From Candidatus Aminicenantes bacterium (GTDB lineage Bacteria > Acidobacteriota > Aminicenantia > Aminicenantales > UBA4085): a stretch of DNA of 64,000 nucleotides. Below are positions 18,950 to 27,840 of the stretch, piece by piece (the stretch's first letter is position 1; every line of letters starts with the position of its first letter). The notes beneath the pieces are model-generated. The model saw only the letters and a program-made list of their open reading frames with translations, searched no databases and had not been told where the DNA came from. The translations under genes and the position numbers were made by a program. Where the stretch lies: contig OY970261.1 of assembly GCA_963715635.1 (NCBI GenBank), positions 3,121,011 to 3,185,010 on the forward strand. Reading direction: 5' to 3'.

Positions 18950-20056
18950 TCACAGCCTTGAACGAATCCACATTTTCAACAGGCGGCCCGGTTTGAGCTT
19001 ACCCCTGGCGCGGGCCAGCCTCATATAGGTTTTGGTCATCGTCTCGGGCACATCCGGCTGTTCAGCGGAAGGTTTGCGCGTTAAGATCAAAGATTTTGTC
19101 GGGCAGGTGGAATAGCAAAGGCCGCAGCCGATGCAGCGGTTCATGTCCACAATAACGCTGCCTCCATCAAGGCTCAGGGCTTCCATCTGGCACCGATTTA
19201 TGCAGATCCCGCATCCCTGGCATGTCTCTTCGCGATAAGACACCCTGAATGGGGAAGAGACAATGCTGGCCGGTTGGGGATGCTGCTTGATCGTGCGGAG
19301 GACTCCACAACAACAGCCGCAGCAACAGCAGATGCTCCCCACTTTTTGAGAATTGCTCGGCTGCAAGACCAGCCCTTTTCTGTCGGCCTCCTTGAGGATC
19401 CGAAGGGCTTCCTCCTGTTCGATCATCCGACCGAGTCCGTTTTTCAGATAGTAATCGGTTCCAGATCCAAAAACGAGACAGGATTCTTCTGGCTTTTCGC
19501 AGCCTTGCCCGGCAATTCTCCTTTCCCTGCGGCAGATGCAGGGCGCAACCAGGATCCTTCGATGGGAACGGACGATCTCTTCGGCCATTTCATGGGGCAG
19601 AATCTTGTGCTCGACCGGGATGGTTTGCCCGATCGGAATCGTGCGCAGCTGGGGGACTTTCTTCCAGGTTTCAAAATTGAGCAGGCGAGGGATATATTCC
19701 TCCATATCCCGGACGAGGTCCTGATCGAGAGCGTTGACATGAAATTCCCAGATGCCGATGACGAACTGCGAGGCTGCGTATCGTGGCGGCCCATCTTTCG
19801 GCTGGATCCGGTAGATCAGCCCCTTTTTGGCCATATCCTCGAGCTTCTGGGCGGTTTCCTCGAGGGAACGATGAAGGCTTCTGGCGATCCTGGCGGGTTC
19901 TTGGGGCAAGAGCGTGAGGCGCAGAGCTAATCGCGCTTCTTCGGCCGTGAAAAGGCGGCGAAGGATCCGCTGTTCGACACCGCTCTCCGTAGTTGGGAAT
20001 CCTCCCGGCATATCGTCGAGATATTTGGCCAGCTGATTATAGATGTCTTTTGTCAA
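18950..20056 (-). CDS. Cys-rich 4Fe-4S dicluster domain protein with N-terminal winged-helix-like region
   Basis: 368 aa. Two ferredoxin motifs (CQGCGICINRC, CIGCGLCYSTCP). Unusual CCCCGCCCG run. Additional CxC...C cluster (CICRRERRIAGQGCEKPEESC). Confidence 0.55.
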   Translation of the reverse strand: MTKDIYNQLAKYLDDMPGGFPTTESGVEQRILRRLFTAEEARLALRLTLLPQEPARIARSLHRSLEETAQKLEDMAKKGLIYRIQPKDGPPRYAASQFVIGIWEFHVNALDQDLVRDMEEYIPRLLNFETWKKVPQLRTIPIGQTIPVEHKILPHEMAEEIVRSHRRILVAPCICRRERRIAGQGCEKPEESCLVFGSGTDYYLKNGLGRMIEQEEALRILKEADRKGLVLQPSNSQKVGSICCCCGCCCGVLRTIKQHPQPASIVSSPFRVSYREETCQGCGICINRCQMEALSLDGGSVIVDMNRCIGCGLCYSTCPTKSLILTRKPSAEQPDVPETMTKTYMRLARARGKLKPGRLLKMWIRSRL

Positions 20057-20098
20057 CGTTTCTCGGATAGACTAGCCGCGCCTATCCGTCTATTCTAT

Positions 20099-20162
20099 CA
20101 GCGTTCGAGACTGATTTCTACTTTATAATCCACCGAAATCTTGGCCCCCTTCTTGGGCCGGA
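20099..20162 (-). repeat. 64-bp perfect direct repeat copy 1 (duplicate of the 3-prime end of the radical SAM gene)
   Basis: Identical to 22630-22693. Includes the radical SAM stop codon context. Lies between the pyrB stop and the Fe-S gene start. Confidence 0.85.
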
Positions 20163-20270
20163 TTGCCCGGTTGCCCAGACCGTTCTTTCGGCGATCTTCC
20201 CGGTACGCCAGCTTCGAATTCGTCGGCGATACAGAAGGACTGTTGAAAGGCATCAAAAAGAACGAACGGG

Positions 20271-21251
20271 CTAGGCTTTGCCGAGGACCATGGCCAGAAG
20301 GGCCATCCGGACGTACAGCCCATACTCCATCTGGCGGAAGTAGGCCGCCCGGGGATCTTCGTCGAATTCCATGCTGATCTCGGTCACGCGCGGCAGGGGG
20401 TGCATGACGATCATCTCTTTCTTGGCGGCTTTCATGGCTTCAGGCGTGATGACGAACGCGCTTTTGACCTTCTCGTAGACGGCAGGGTCGTCAAACCGCT
20501 CTTTTTGGACGCGCGTCACGTACAGCACGTCGGTCTCGGGCAGCACCTTGTCTAGGGTGGAATATTCGTTCTGGGGAAGGCCTTTCTGGGCGACCTCGTC
20601 CATAACGTCTTTAGGCATATGCAAAATATCGGGGGAAATATAGTTCAGCTTGATGCCGATGAACTGGGTCAACAGCCGGGCGAGCGAGTGCACCGTGCGG
20701 CCGTACTTCAGGTCTCCAAGCATGGTGACCGTCAGGTTGTCGAGACGCCCCAATTCCTCGCGAATCGTAAAGGCATCGAGCAGGGCCTGGGTCGGGTGCT
20801 CGCCGACGCCGTCGCCGGCATTGATGATGGGTTTGCCGGCGTATTTCGCCGCCAGCGCCGCCGCGCCGACGTCGGGGTGTCTCAGGACGATCACATCGGC
20901 GTAGCATCCCAGCGTCCTCACCGTGTCGGGCAGGCTCTCGCCCTTGGCCACCGAAGAGTATTTCACCTCGTTGATCGGAATGACCGCGCCGCCCAGCCGC
21001 TCCATCGCCGCCATGAATGAGGAGGACGTCCGGGTGGATGGTTCGTAGAACAGGTTGGCCAGGATTTTGCCTTTCAAGAGGTCGAACGTCCCGATCCGCT
21101 CGACCATGATCCGCATCTCGTGCGCCACGCGGATGATGTATTCCAGGTCGGCCCGGCTGAATTGCTTGATCGAAAGGATATCTTTTCCGTACCAGGGTGC
21201 CATTTTATGGTCGCCCAAGGGAAGGTGGGGATTTTTAGCTCTTGTCGGCAT
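20271..21251 (-). CDS. pyrB: Aspartate carbamoyltransferase catalytic subunit-like (PyrB)
   Basis: STRTS and HPTQAL motifs. FYEPSTRT is ATCase-like. Start chosen at ATG 21251 (GGAGTGAAC ATG). The longer ORF to 21326 is an upstream extension. Confidence 0.7.
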   Translation of the reverse strand: MPTRAKNPHLPLGDHKMAPWYGKDILSIKQFSRADLEYIIRVAHEMRIMVERIGTFDLLKGKILANLFYEPSTRTSSSFMAAMERLGGAVIPINEVKYSSVAKGESLPDTVRTLGCYADVIVLRHPDVGAAALAAKYAGKPIINAGDGVGEHPTQALLDAFTIREELGRLDNLTVTMLGDLKYGRTVHSLARLLTQFIGIKLNYISPDILHMPKDVMDEVAQKGLPQNEYSTLDKVLPETDVLYVTRVQKERFDDPAVYEKVKSAFVITPEAMKAAKKEMIVMHPLPRVTEISMEFDEDPRAAYFRQMEYGLYVRMALLAMVLGKA

Positions 21252-21481
21252 GTTCACTCCTCGTCGCTCTTTAAGAGAACGCTCGAAAACCATGGAAATT
21301 ATTGTTGAATCGGCGGCAAATTTCAATGTTTTTTTGGCTGGATAGGGCTAAGCGCTTGACCAAATTCTCTCATGATTCTCAAAAATACGATCAGCCGTTG
21401 ATTGAAGCAATGCCTGCCCTATTGGATCTGGTTGAATGCATCACCACGGGAAATGAGTGGGAAAAAATAAAAAAATAATGA

Positions 21482-22315
21482 TCAAGAAGGTTTCTCTGTC
21501 CGATACTTGATCTCGGTATGTACAATAAAAAATTTATAGTCTTTGTAGACAATCTCTGTTTCCGATCGGACAAATTTTTGTCCCCTCTTATCGATATAGG
21601 CCTCTTCAACGGACAATCGACTCGGGAACCGAATTCCGTTCTTTTCAAACTGATATTCCGAAATGATAGTGATCCTGGGCTCAGCCTTGTATCTTTTCGC
21701 AATCTCTTCGATATTCTGAAAGTCTCTGATAACGATGGGATTCCATACGATTTTCAGGATGCTCGAATCCTTCTTGTTCACCCAGATTTTCCCCGAAAGA
21801 TAGGAAGGATCGACTCCGTAAAGAAATCTGCGTTCATACGAGTTTTTGGGAACGGCTTCGATGACGATCGTTTCTTCTCCATAAAGGGTTTCTTCATCGA
21901 TCAGGCGAAAATCATTCAGAGTATTTCCGAATTCACCGAAAAGATCGGCCGTTCTCAGCAGAACATGCTGGTGGCGAAAAGCGAGGGTTTCCAGAAGGGC
22001 GTTTTCTTCATGGAATTTCCTGCCGTTCTTCTCCAATAATATTCTGCGTTCTTTCACGTCAGATCCTTTTTTGATCAGCTGATAATCATAAAGATATTTA
22101 TTGTTAAGTCTCTGAGCAAAAGAACGATCCCGGGAAAAATCGATCTTCTCCGATATTTCCTCTTTGCAAATAAAATCATAAACGCCGTTTTCCAATCTGC
22201 GGCAATATTCTTCGACCTTTTTCAGGATCGTGTTGAGATTCAATGGGCCGAGACTTTCTTGGGAAGGACCGTGGGCATTGGCGTTTTGATAAAAAACAAG
22301 CAAGAGAAATGCCAT
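21482..22315 (-). CDS. Hypothetical secreted protein in an AT-rich island
   Basis: Signal peptide MAFLLLVFYQNANA. Markedly lower GC than its neighbours. No family recognised. Start could be as far upstream as 22435. Confidence 0.45.
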   Translation of the reverse strand: MAFLLLVFYQNANAHGPSQESLGPLNLNTILKKVEEYCRRLENGVYDFICKEEISEKIDFSRDRSFAQRLNNKYLYDYQLIKKGSDVKERRILLEKNGRKFHEENALLETLAFRHQHVLLRTADLFGEFGNTLNDFRLIDEETLYGEETIVIEAVPKNSYERRFLYGVDPSYLSGKIWVNKKDSSILKIVWNPIVIRDFQNIEEIAKRYKAEPRITIISEYQFEKNGIRFPSRLSVEEAYIDKRGQKFVRSETEIVYKDYKFFIVHTEIKYRTEKPS

Positions 22316-22628
22316 GAGAGGCAACCAAGAATAGAAAAGGATTTTTTCCTTTTTCCGTTCAAAAGCCCCTCGAAACGGCAAATCCCTTCTCCTGATGACA
22401 TGAATATTATATCGCCGGCCGGCGGCCGGAATCAAGGAAACCAGAAAAGCTAGGCCTGAAGGTCGCTAGTGCGAAAAACCATGTTCCTCCCGCCGGAAGA
22501 CTCTAGTTCTTCGCTCCGCATGAAGATAACTACGGGATGATGATCAGAAATATCCGGCGCTCTTTTCGGCCCCCGGGGAGGACGACTTGCTCAAGGACAT
22601 GAGGCGGGGGCCTCTCCGCCTTTCTTTG

Positions 22629-24062
22629 TCAGCGTTCGAGACTGATTTCTACTTTATAATCCACCGAAATCTTGGCCCCCTTCTTGGGCCGGAGGAGCTC
22701 CACGGCCCGAAGAAACGTCTTGTTGCGTTTCTGCCATGTCCGGTTCAACTTGCGGGCGTAGTGGGCGATGGCCAGGTCGATCCACTTGCCTTTAAAGAAT
22801 TTTCTGACCGTCTGTTTCATCGAATAGAACTTCTTATGGCTGAAGATCTGGGCTTTTTGAAGGTCAAATATGGAAAACCGGGCCGGCCGGAAGACGGCGT
22901 GGTGGCCATCGTAGAGCGTCCAGTCACGAAACTGGATCCGGTTCTCCGAAGCGACTTTTTCGTAGAATTCCGAGCCGGGCGCGGGCGTTAAAATCAGAAA
23001 CTGGGTGGAGTTGAGCCTGGCTTTTTTGGCAAAGCGGACCGTCTTCTTGACGGTCTTCCAGTCATCCTGGTCGAAACCCAGGACGAACATGCCGTGGATA
23101 TGGATGCGGTGCTTCCTGAGGACCTTGACGGCTTGGGTGATTTCTTCCACTGTCTGTTTCTTTTTCATCTCCTCCAGGCTGTCCGGGTTCACGGTTTCAA
23201 ATCCGATATAGAGCGTATGGCAGCCTGCCCGCTTCATAAGTTTGACCAGCTCCACGTCTTTGGCGACATCCGCCCGCACCTGGGTCGTCCATTTGAACTT
23301 GAGCTGTTCCCGGATCATGCCTTCCAGAAGTTCCTTGGTCCGCTTCCGGTTGGCCGTGAAATTGTCGTCATAGAAGAATATCACATTTTTCCGGCTGTCG
23401 TACTGCCGGAGCTCGGCCAGGATATTCTCCGTCGAGCGGAACCGGTACTTTTTGCCAAACATTCCGGTTACCGAGCAGAAGGAACAGTCGAATGGGCAGC
23501 CGCGCGATGTCAGCACGGGAACAGTGCTTCGCCCGCCTTTTTTCGGGTGATCCCGCTTCAAAAGCGAGAGGTCGGGAAAAGGAAGGGAATCGAGGTTGTC
23601 CGCCGGCGGCTGTTTGGAATTATGAATGATCGAATCGTTTTTCTTGTAGGAGAGGTTGGAGACGCGGGAATAGTCGCCTCCGGCTTGCCAAGCATCGATC
23701 AATTCCGTGAGGGCCCGCTCCCCTTCCCCGCGGACGACAAAGTCGGCGTGCCCCAGGGCCTCCTCGGCCAGATACGTTACGTGAGGCCCGCCCATGATCA
23801 CCGGGATCCCCATTTCCCGGATCCGATCGGCGATGGCATAGGCGCGGGGCGCTGTTGGCGTGATGGTGGAAATGCCCACCAAATCGGCATTTTTGATAAT
23901 TTCGTAATCGATCTTCCGCATCTCTTCGACAAAGATCTCCACTTCCCAGCCTCTCTTCTTCATGATCGTGCCCAAAAGAATCGTCCCCAACCGGGGCAGG
24001 GGAAATTGAGAGAAGATATGAAGGTTTGGGGCCTTCGGCTCGATAAACACGATTTTCTTCAT
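22629..24062 (-). CDS. B12-binding domain radical SAM protein (class B)
   Basis: 477 aa. N-terminal B12-binding-like fold (VGISTITPTA..., GGPHVT). CPFDCSFC CxxxCxxC radical SAM motif. Its stop overlaps the start of the upstream MerR gene by arrangement (24062/24064). Confidence 0.8.
   Translation of the reverse strand: MKKIVFIEPKAPNLHIFSQFPLPRLGTILLGTIMKKRGWEVEIFVEEMRKIDYEIIKNADLVGISTITPTAPRAYAIADRIREMGIPVIMGGPHVTYLAEEALGHADFVVRGEGERALTELIDAWQAGGDYSRVSNLSYKKNDSIIHNSKQPPADNLDSLPFPDLSLLKRDHPKKGGRSTVPVLTSRGCPFDCSFCSVTGMFGKKYRFRSTENILAELRQYDSRKNVIFFYDDNFTANRKRTKELLEGMIREQLKFKWTTQVRADVAKDVELVKLMKRAGCHTLYIGFETVNPDSLEEMKKKQTVEEITQAVKVLRKHRIHIHGMFVLGFDQDDWKTVKKTVRFAKKARLNSTQFLILTPAPGSEFYEKVASENRIQFRDWTLYDGHHAVFRPARFSIFDLQKAQIFSHKKFYSMKQTVRKFFKGKWIDLAIAHYARKLNRTWQKRNKTFLRAVELLRPKKGAKISVDYKVEISLER
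22630..22693 (-). repeat. 64-bp perfect direct repeat copy 2 (native 3-prime end of the radical SAM gene)
   Basis: Encodes ...LRPKKGAKISVDYKVEISLER-stop. Identical to 20099-20162. Confidence 0.85.
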
Positions 24063-24063
24063 C

Positions 24064-24777
24064 TTACGCTCCGCTGGATTTCCCCGGTCTCTTCTGGTTT
24101 TTCACCTTCAGATTGAGGATCTCCTTTTTCTTTTTTTTCATCAGGCTCTCCCAGCGCTCCATGCCCTCCCGGAAAAGCTTCATTTTGTCGAAGAGGGCCT
24201 GGATACCTTCAAGCATGGCCTCGAGCTTCGACGTCACGGCGGCCTTGTCAAACGATTCCAACCGCTCTTGAAAGGCCAGGAAGTCCCGGAAACAGTCCGA
24301 ATTCACTTTGATCTCTTCCAGGGTGTAGCCGAAGAGCTGCAGGTCCTGGATCAGTTTGCAGAGATAGACATAAATTTTCGAATACAGCCTGAACCCGCCC
24401 TCGCTCCGCATGTCGGGCTCGATGATGCCTTTGTCCTCCCAATGTTTGATCGTCCGGGGGCTGACGCCTGCTTTCTCAGCCAGGTTGCCCACGGTCAGGT
24501 ATTGATCGAGGCCGTTGTTATTGGCGCGGTTTGTCCTGGCCCTGGGCAGTCCGATCTTTTTGATGATCTTCTGGATTTCCTCGAGCCCATAGCCTAATTC
24601 CTTGAGCTTGAGGATGTTCTCCAGCCTGGCCAGGGTTTCCTCCGAAAAAAGGGGGATTTTGTCGTCGGTGAAGCCCGCCGGCTTGACCAGTTTCTCTTTC
24701 GTCCATCGGACAAGGACTTCCTCGGAAACGCCGGTCCTCCGGAGGAGATCGTCCCTCGTGAAAACATTCTTGTTCAT
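24064..24777 (-). CDS. MerR-family transcriptional regulator with two tandem MerR-type HTH domains
   Basis: 237 aa. HTH 1 (FTRDDLLRRTGVSEEVLVRWTKEKLVKP). HTH 2 (YLTVGNLAEKAGVSPRTIKHWEDKGIIEP...GGFRLYS). C-terminal coiled coil. Confidence 0.7.
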   Translation of the reverse strand: MNKNVFTRDDLLRRTGVSEEVLVRWTKEKLVKPAGFTDDKIPLFSEETLARLENILKLKELGYGLEEIQKIIKKIGLPRARTNRANNNGLDQYLTVGNLAEKAGVSPRTIKHWEDKGIIEPDMRSEGGFRLYSKIYVYLCKLIQDLQLFGYTLEEIKVNSDCFRDFLAFQERLESFDKAAVTSKLEAMLEGIQALFDKMKLFREGMERWESLMKKKKKEILNLKVKNQKRPGKSSGA

Positions 24778-24778
24778 A

Positions 24779-24832
24779 TTGTACGTTTACGTATATATTT
24801 ATCTGTAAATACCATTAAAGTATACGTACAGG
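24779..24832 (-). promoter_or_regulatory. ACGT-rich palindromic elements immediately upstream of the MerR start codon (candidate operator)
   Basis: TACGT-TT-ACGTA at 24784-24795 and GTATACGTAC at 24820-24829, in an AT-rich 115-bp intergenic region. Confidence 0.3.
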
Positions 24833-24892
24833 AATATTAGTTTTGTCGAGAAGGTTTGTCAAGTAGAACTTTTCAAAGTGCCGGAACGGCTT

Positions 24893-26200
24893 CTATTTTT
24901 TCGCTCCCGATTTCGCAGCCGGTTTCTTCTTGGCGGGCTGCAGGTCGACCCAGTTTTCCATAAAACGCTGGCTCCCGGCCGCGCCGCTCTCCGACAGCAG
25001 CGACTCAAAAATAGCCTTGAGCTGGGCATAGGGCAGCGTGCCGATGATCATCCGGTTGTTGACGATCATGGTCGGCGTGGAGCGGATGCCGTGGGCGAAT
25101 TGATCGGACGTCTTATCGTATTCGGCGCCCGTGTTGATGATTTGCAGGACAAGGTCCTTGACAGCTTGGTCCGTCAGAGCTGCTTCGACCCCATGCTTTC
25201 TGGCCAGTTGTGCCCTCCATTCCGGGTTCCTGGCCTTCTCAAAATTTTCGAAGATCTCGTCATGGATCTGGTTAAACTTGGCCGGGTCATAGGCGGCGAT
25301 GAAAGAGAGGTCGCAGGCGCCGGGATGTTTGTTGCCCTTCTCCGGGACGACCTGGTTGCACTTGCCGTCTAGCGGGAAAAATTGGAAAGCAATGTTAATC
25401 TTCCCTTTGTATTCGGTCTTGAGCTGTTTCAGTTGTTTGTACAGGAACAGGCAGTCGGGGCAAAGAAAATCCACATACTCGATGACCCGGATCGGCGCGT
25501 CTTCGAAACGCTCGGTGGCCTTGGCCGTCCAGAAGGGCGATACGATGCTCGGGGTCTTCACCTCGGCCAGGCTGTAATATTCCTTGACAACCCGGGTGGC
25601 GACTCCGCCCAGCTGGGCATCCTGCTTGGCCTTGTAAAATTGATGGAAACCGTAGGCGCCAGCGAGCAGAATGGCCGCATAGACAACCAGGTGTTTGATC
25701 GATGGGGCAAGAAAAGCACGCACGGTCCTCAGGGCGCCGCCGGCCGGGGCCAGGCCGTATATCCAGAATAGGGCGAAGCTGAGCAGGGAAAATAAATAAT
25801 ATCCGCTGCAGAGAAGGCACAGGCTCTTGAGGAAGAACACGGAGTAAACGAAAAGCCCGACGACGCCCAGGGCGTTGAGCAGGGACAGCGATTTATTGGT
25901 CCGTTCAAAGGCCGCCGAAGGAAATAGGGCTCCGAGCACCACCAGCCCGCCGACGATGATCCCGAAATATCCCATCGGGACTCCCCAGAACTGGGCGATC
26001 GAGGAATAGGCCGAGCTGTTGCAGTTAAAAAAAGAGTTGATATCACAAAACGAGCCTCTGAAGATGGATTCCGGAAAATTAGCGTTGAAAAAATGCTGAA
26101 TCGTGAGCACCGAGGCGGCGATCATCCCCGCCCCGGAAAGAAAGCTCCAGAACCGCCGTCCGCCGCTTCCTTCAAGCGTCAATGACCTTACCATCCGCAA
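24893..26200 (-). CDS. Vitamin K epoxide reductase (VKOR) family protein fused to a DsbA-like thioredoxin-fold domain
   Basis: 435 aa. N-terminal multi-TM region with Cys pairs (CDINSFFNC, CLLCSGYY). C-terminal periplasmic domain with DFLCPDC (CPxC) active site. Confidence 0.65.
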   Translation of the reverse strand: MRMVRSLTLEGSGGRRFWSFLSGAGMIAASVLTIQHFFNANFPESIFRGSFCDINSFFNCNSSAYSSIAQFWGVPMGYFGIIVGGLVVLGALFPSAAFERTNKSLSLLNALGVVGLFVYSVFFLKSLCLLCSGYYLFSLLSFALFWIYGLAPAGGALRTVRAFLAPSIKHLVVYAAILLAGAYGFHQFYKAKQDAQLGGVATRVVKEYYSLAEVKTPSIVSPFWTAKATERFEDAPIRVIEYVDFLCPDCLFLYKQLKQLKTEYKGKINIAFQFFPLDGKCNQVVPEKGNKHPGACDLSFIAAYDPAKFNQIHDEIFENFEKARNPEWRAQLARKHGVEAALTDQAVKDLVLQIINTGAEYDKTSDQFAHGIRSTPTMIVNNRMIIGTLPYAQLKAIFESLLSESGAAGSQRFMENWVDLQPAKKKPAAKSGAKK

Positions 26201-26335
26201 CCTCCTTCTTTGAAATGCGGCTATTTTATCATAAAATATATCACTATGCCGCGCATCTTGCCTGCGAACAATTACTTCCCTATTGACAGGAACGGGATTC
26301 CCGCTCTATATTCGGAGGATGAAAGGGAGAACAAC

Positions 26336-27217
26336 ATGCTCAAAAAAATGACACTTGCCTTGATTCTTCTTTCTTTGTGCCTAGTGCCATTTCTTCAGGC
26401 CCAGGAAAGACACCTCGACGTCCCGTATGTCCCCACCAAGTATCCGGTCGTCGATGAAATGCTGAAACTGGCCAACGTCCAGAAGAGCGACCTTCTTATT
26501 GATCTCGGCTGCGGGGACGGCCGGATTGTCGTTTCTGCCGCCCAGAAATGCGGCGCCAGAGCGATCGGTGTCGACATCGATCCCGACCGCATCCAGGAAA
26601 GTCAGGAAAATGCGGCGAAGGCCGGCGTGAAAGACCACGTGACGTTCATCCAGGGTGACCTTTTTCAGGCCGATGTGCATGAGGCCAGCGTCGTCTCCCT
26701 CTACCTGCTCACATCCGTCAACCTGAAGCTGCGGCCCAGGTTGATCCGGGAACTTGCGCCGGGCACGCGCGTCGTCTCCCACAACTTCGGAATGGATGCC
26801 TGGAAGCCCGACAAGTCCTCGTCCGTAACGGTCGACGAGATCAGCCATGACGTTTTTCTGTGGATTATCCCGGCCAATGCCAGCGGGACATGGAAATGGA
26901 CCATGGCGGAGCCCAAAGCCAACTGGGAGCTGAACCTCGAACAGCTTTTCCAGCAGATCTCCGGAACGATCTCCGTCAACGGGGCTTCAGCCGCCCTGAA
27001 GGACGCGGTGCTCTCTGGTGACAAGATCAAGTTCACCGTCGAAAGGCAACTCAATGGAAAAACCGTCTCATTCGTTTTTGAGGGAGTCGTCCGCGGACAC
27101 ACGATCGCTGGAAAAGCGATTCAGGACGGAAAAGAATTGGGGGAGTGGAAAGCCAGCCGCAACCCCTCAACACAAAAGGATATCGACGTGGAGAGCGGCA
27201 GGGAAATCCGGTATTAG
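26336..27217 (+). CDS. Secreted class I SAM-dependent methyltransferase with C-terminal extra domain
   Basis: ATG 26336 after GGAGGATGAAAGGGAG. Signal peptide MLKKMTLALILLSLCLVPFLQA. DLGCGDGRIV SAM motif. Confidence 0.65.
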   Translation: MLKKMTLALILLSLCLVPFLQAQERHLDVPYVPTKYPVVDEMLKLANVQKSDLLIDLGCGDGRIVVSAAQKCGARAIGVDIDPDRIQESQENAAKAGVKDHVTFIQGDLFQADVHEASVVSLYLLTSVNLKLRPRLIRELAPGTRVVSHNFGMDAWKPDKSSSVTVDEISHDVFLWIIPANASGTWKWTMAEPKANWELNLEQLFQQISGTISVNGASAALKDAVLSGDKIKFTVERQLNGKTVSFVFEGVVRGHTIAGKAIQDGKELGEWKASRNPSTQKDIDVESGREIRY

Positions 27218-27443
27218 ATCGTGTAAAAGCGTTATATTATTCCGGCTTAAAGAGTTTTTCAAAATCAGCCTGATCTAAGATATACATCTGGCGCGGATAC
27301 CCGTCGGTTTTGACAAATTCCTTCCAATCACGTACAAATAATTCATGATCCGAAGAGAATTCTGCAAGAAGCTCCCCTGCGCCGCCTTGGGAACTCTTTC
27401 TTTTCTCTCTCTGGGCGGCCAAGTTCTGAGCAAGGAGGCTCCC

Positions 27444-27719
27444 ATGGAGAAAAAGGTCAAGGCGGTCACGGCAAAAGTCATCAGCGTCAAAGGGACCTGC
27501 GGGCTGGGCCATAAGGTCGGCGATGTCATCACCTTCACGGAAACGGGGGTGGACGGCAAGATCTGCATTCATGCCCTCTACAGCATGATACCCGCGGTCT
27601 TCGCCATGCTCTATGATGTCAAGTTCCCCTGGCTTCAAAACCCGGATAAGAAGACCCACCCCTGTACGGACGCCGCCAATCCCGTGGTGTTCGAAATCAC
27701 AAAAGTGCGGGAAGTCTAG
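27444..27719 (+). CDS. TIGR04076-like small Cys-containing protein
   Basis: ATG 27444 with perfect RBS AAGGAGG. 91 aa with KVISVKGTCGLGHKVGDVITF...ICIHALYSMIPAVFAML...FPW...HPCTDAANPVVFEITKV, matching my recollection of the TIGR04076 pattern. A longer form from 27345 would add a Tat-like RREF N-terminus. Confidence 0.5.
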   Translation: MEKKVKAVTAKVISVKGTCGLGHKVGDVITFTETGVDGKICIHALYSMIPAVFAMLYDVKFPWLQNPDKKTHPCTDAANPVVFEITKVREV

Positions 27720-27840
27720 AATAAGATTATCTCCCTGATGAATTCATCGCCAAATGCTCCAGGGAAAGGTGGCAGAGAGCGAAGCGATCGTTAGAGGGAA
27801 ACCCGAAAAAGGGTTTCCCTCCAAGAGTGTCCGGGCGGCT

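Noticed and set aside
19274-19930. 218-aa + strand ORF
   Set aside because: Antisense to the 4Fe-4S protein gene.
20123-20323. 66-aa minus-strand ORF overlapping repeat copy 1
   Set aside because: Reads through the duplicated 64-bp repeat in a different frame from the genuine radical SAM C-terminus. Created by the duplication, no independent support.
23094-24116. 340-aa + strand ORF
   Set aside because: Antisense to the radical SAM gene, which has the diagnostic CxxxCxxC motif. No motifs of its own.
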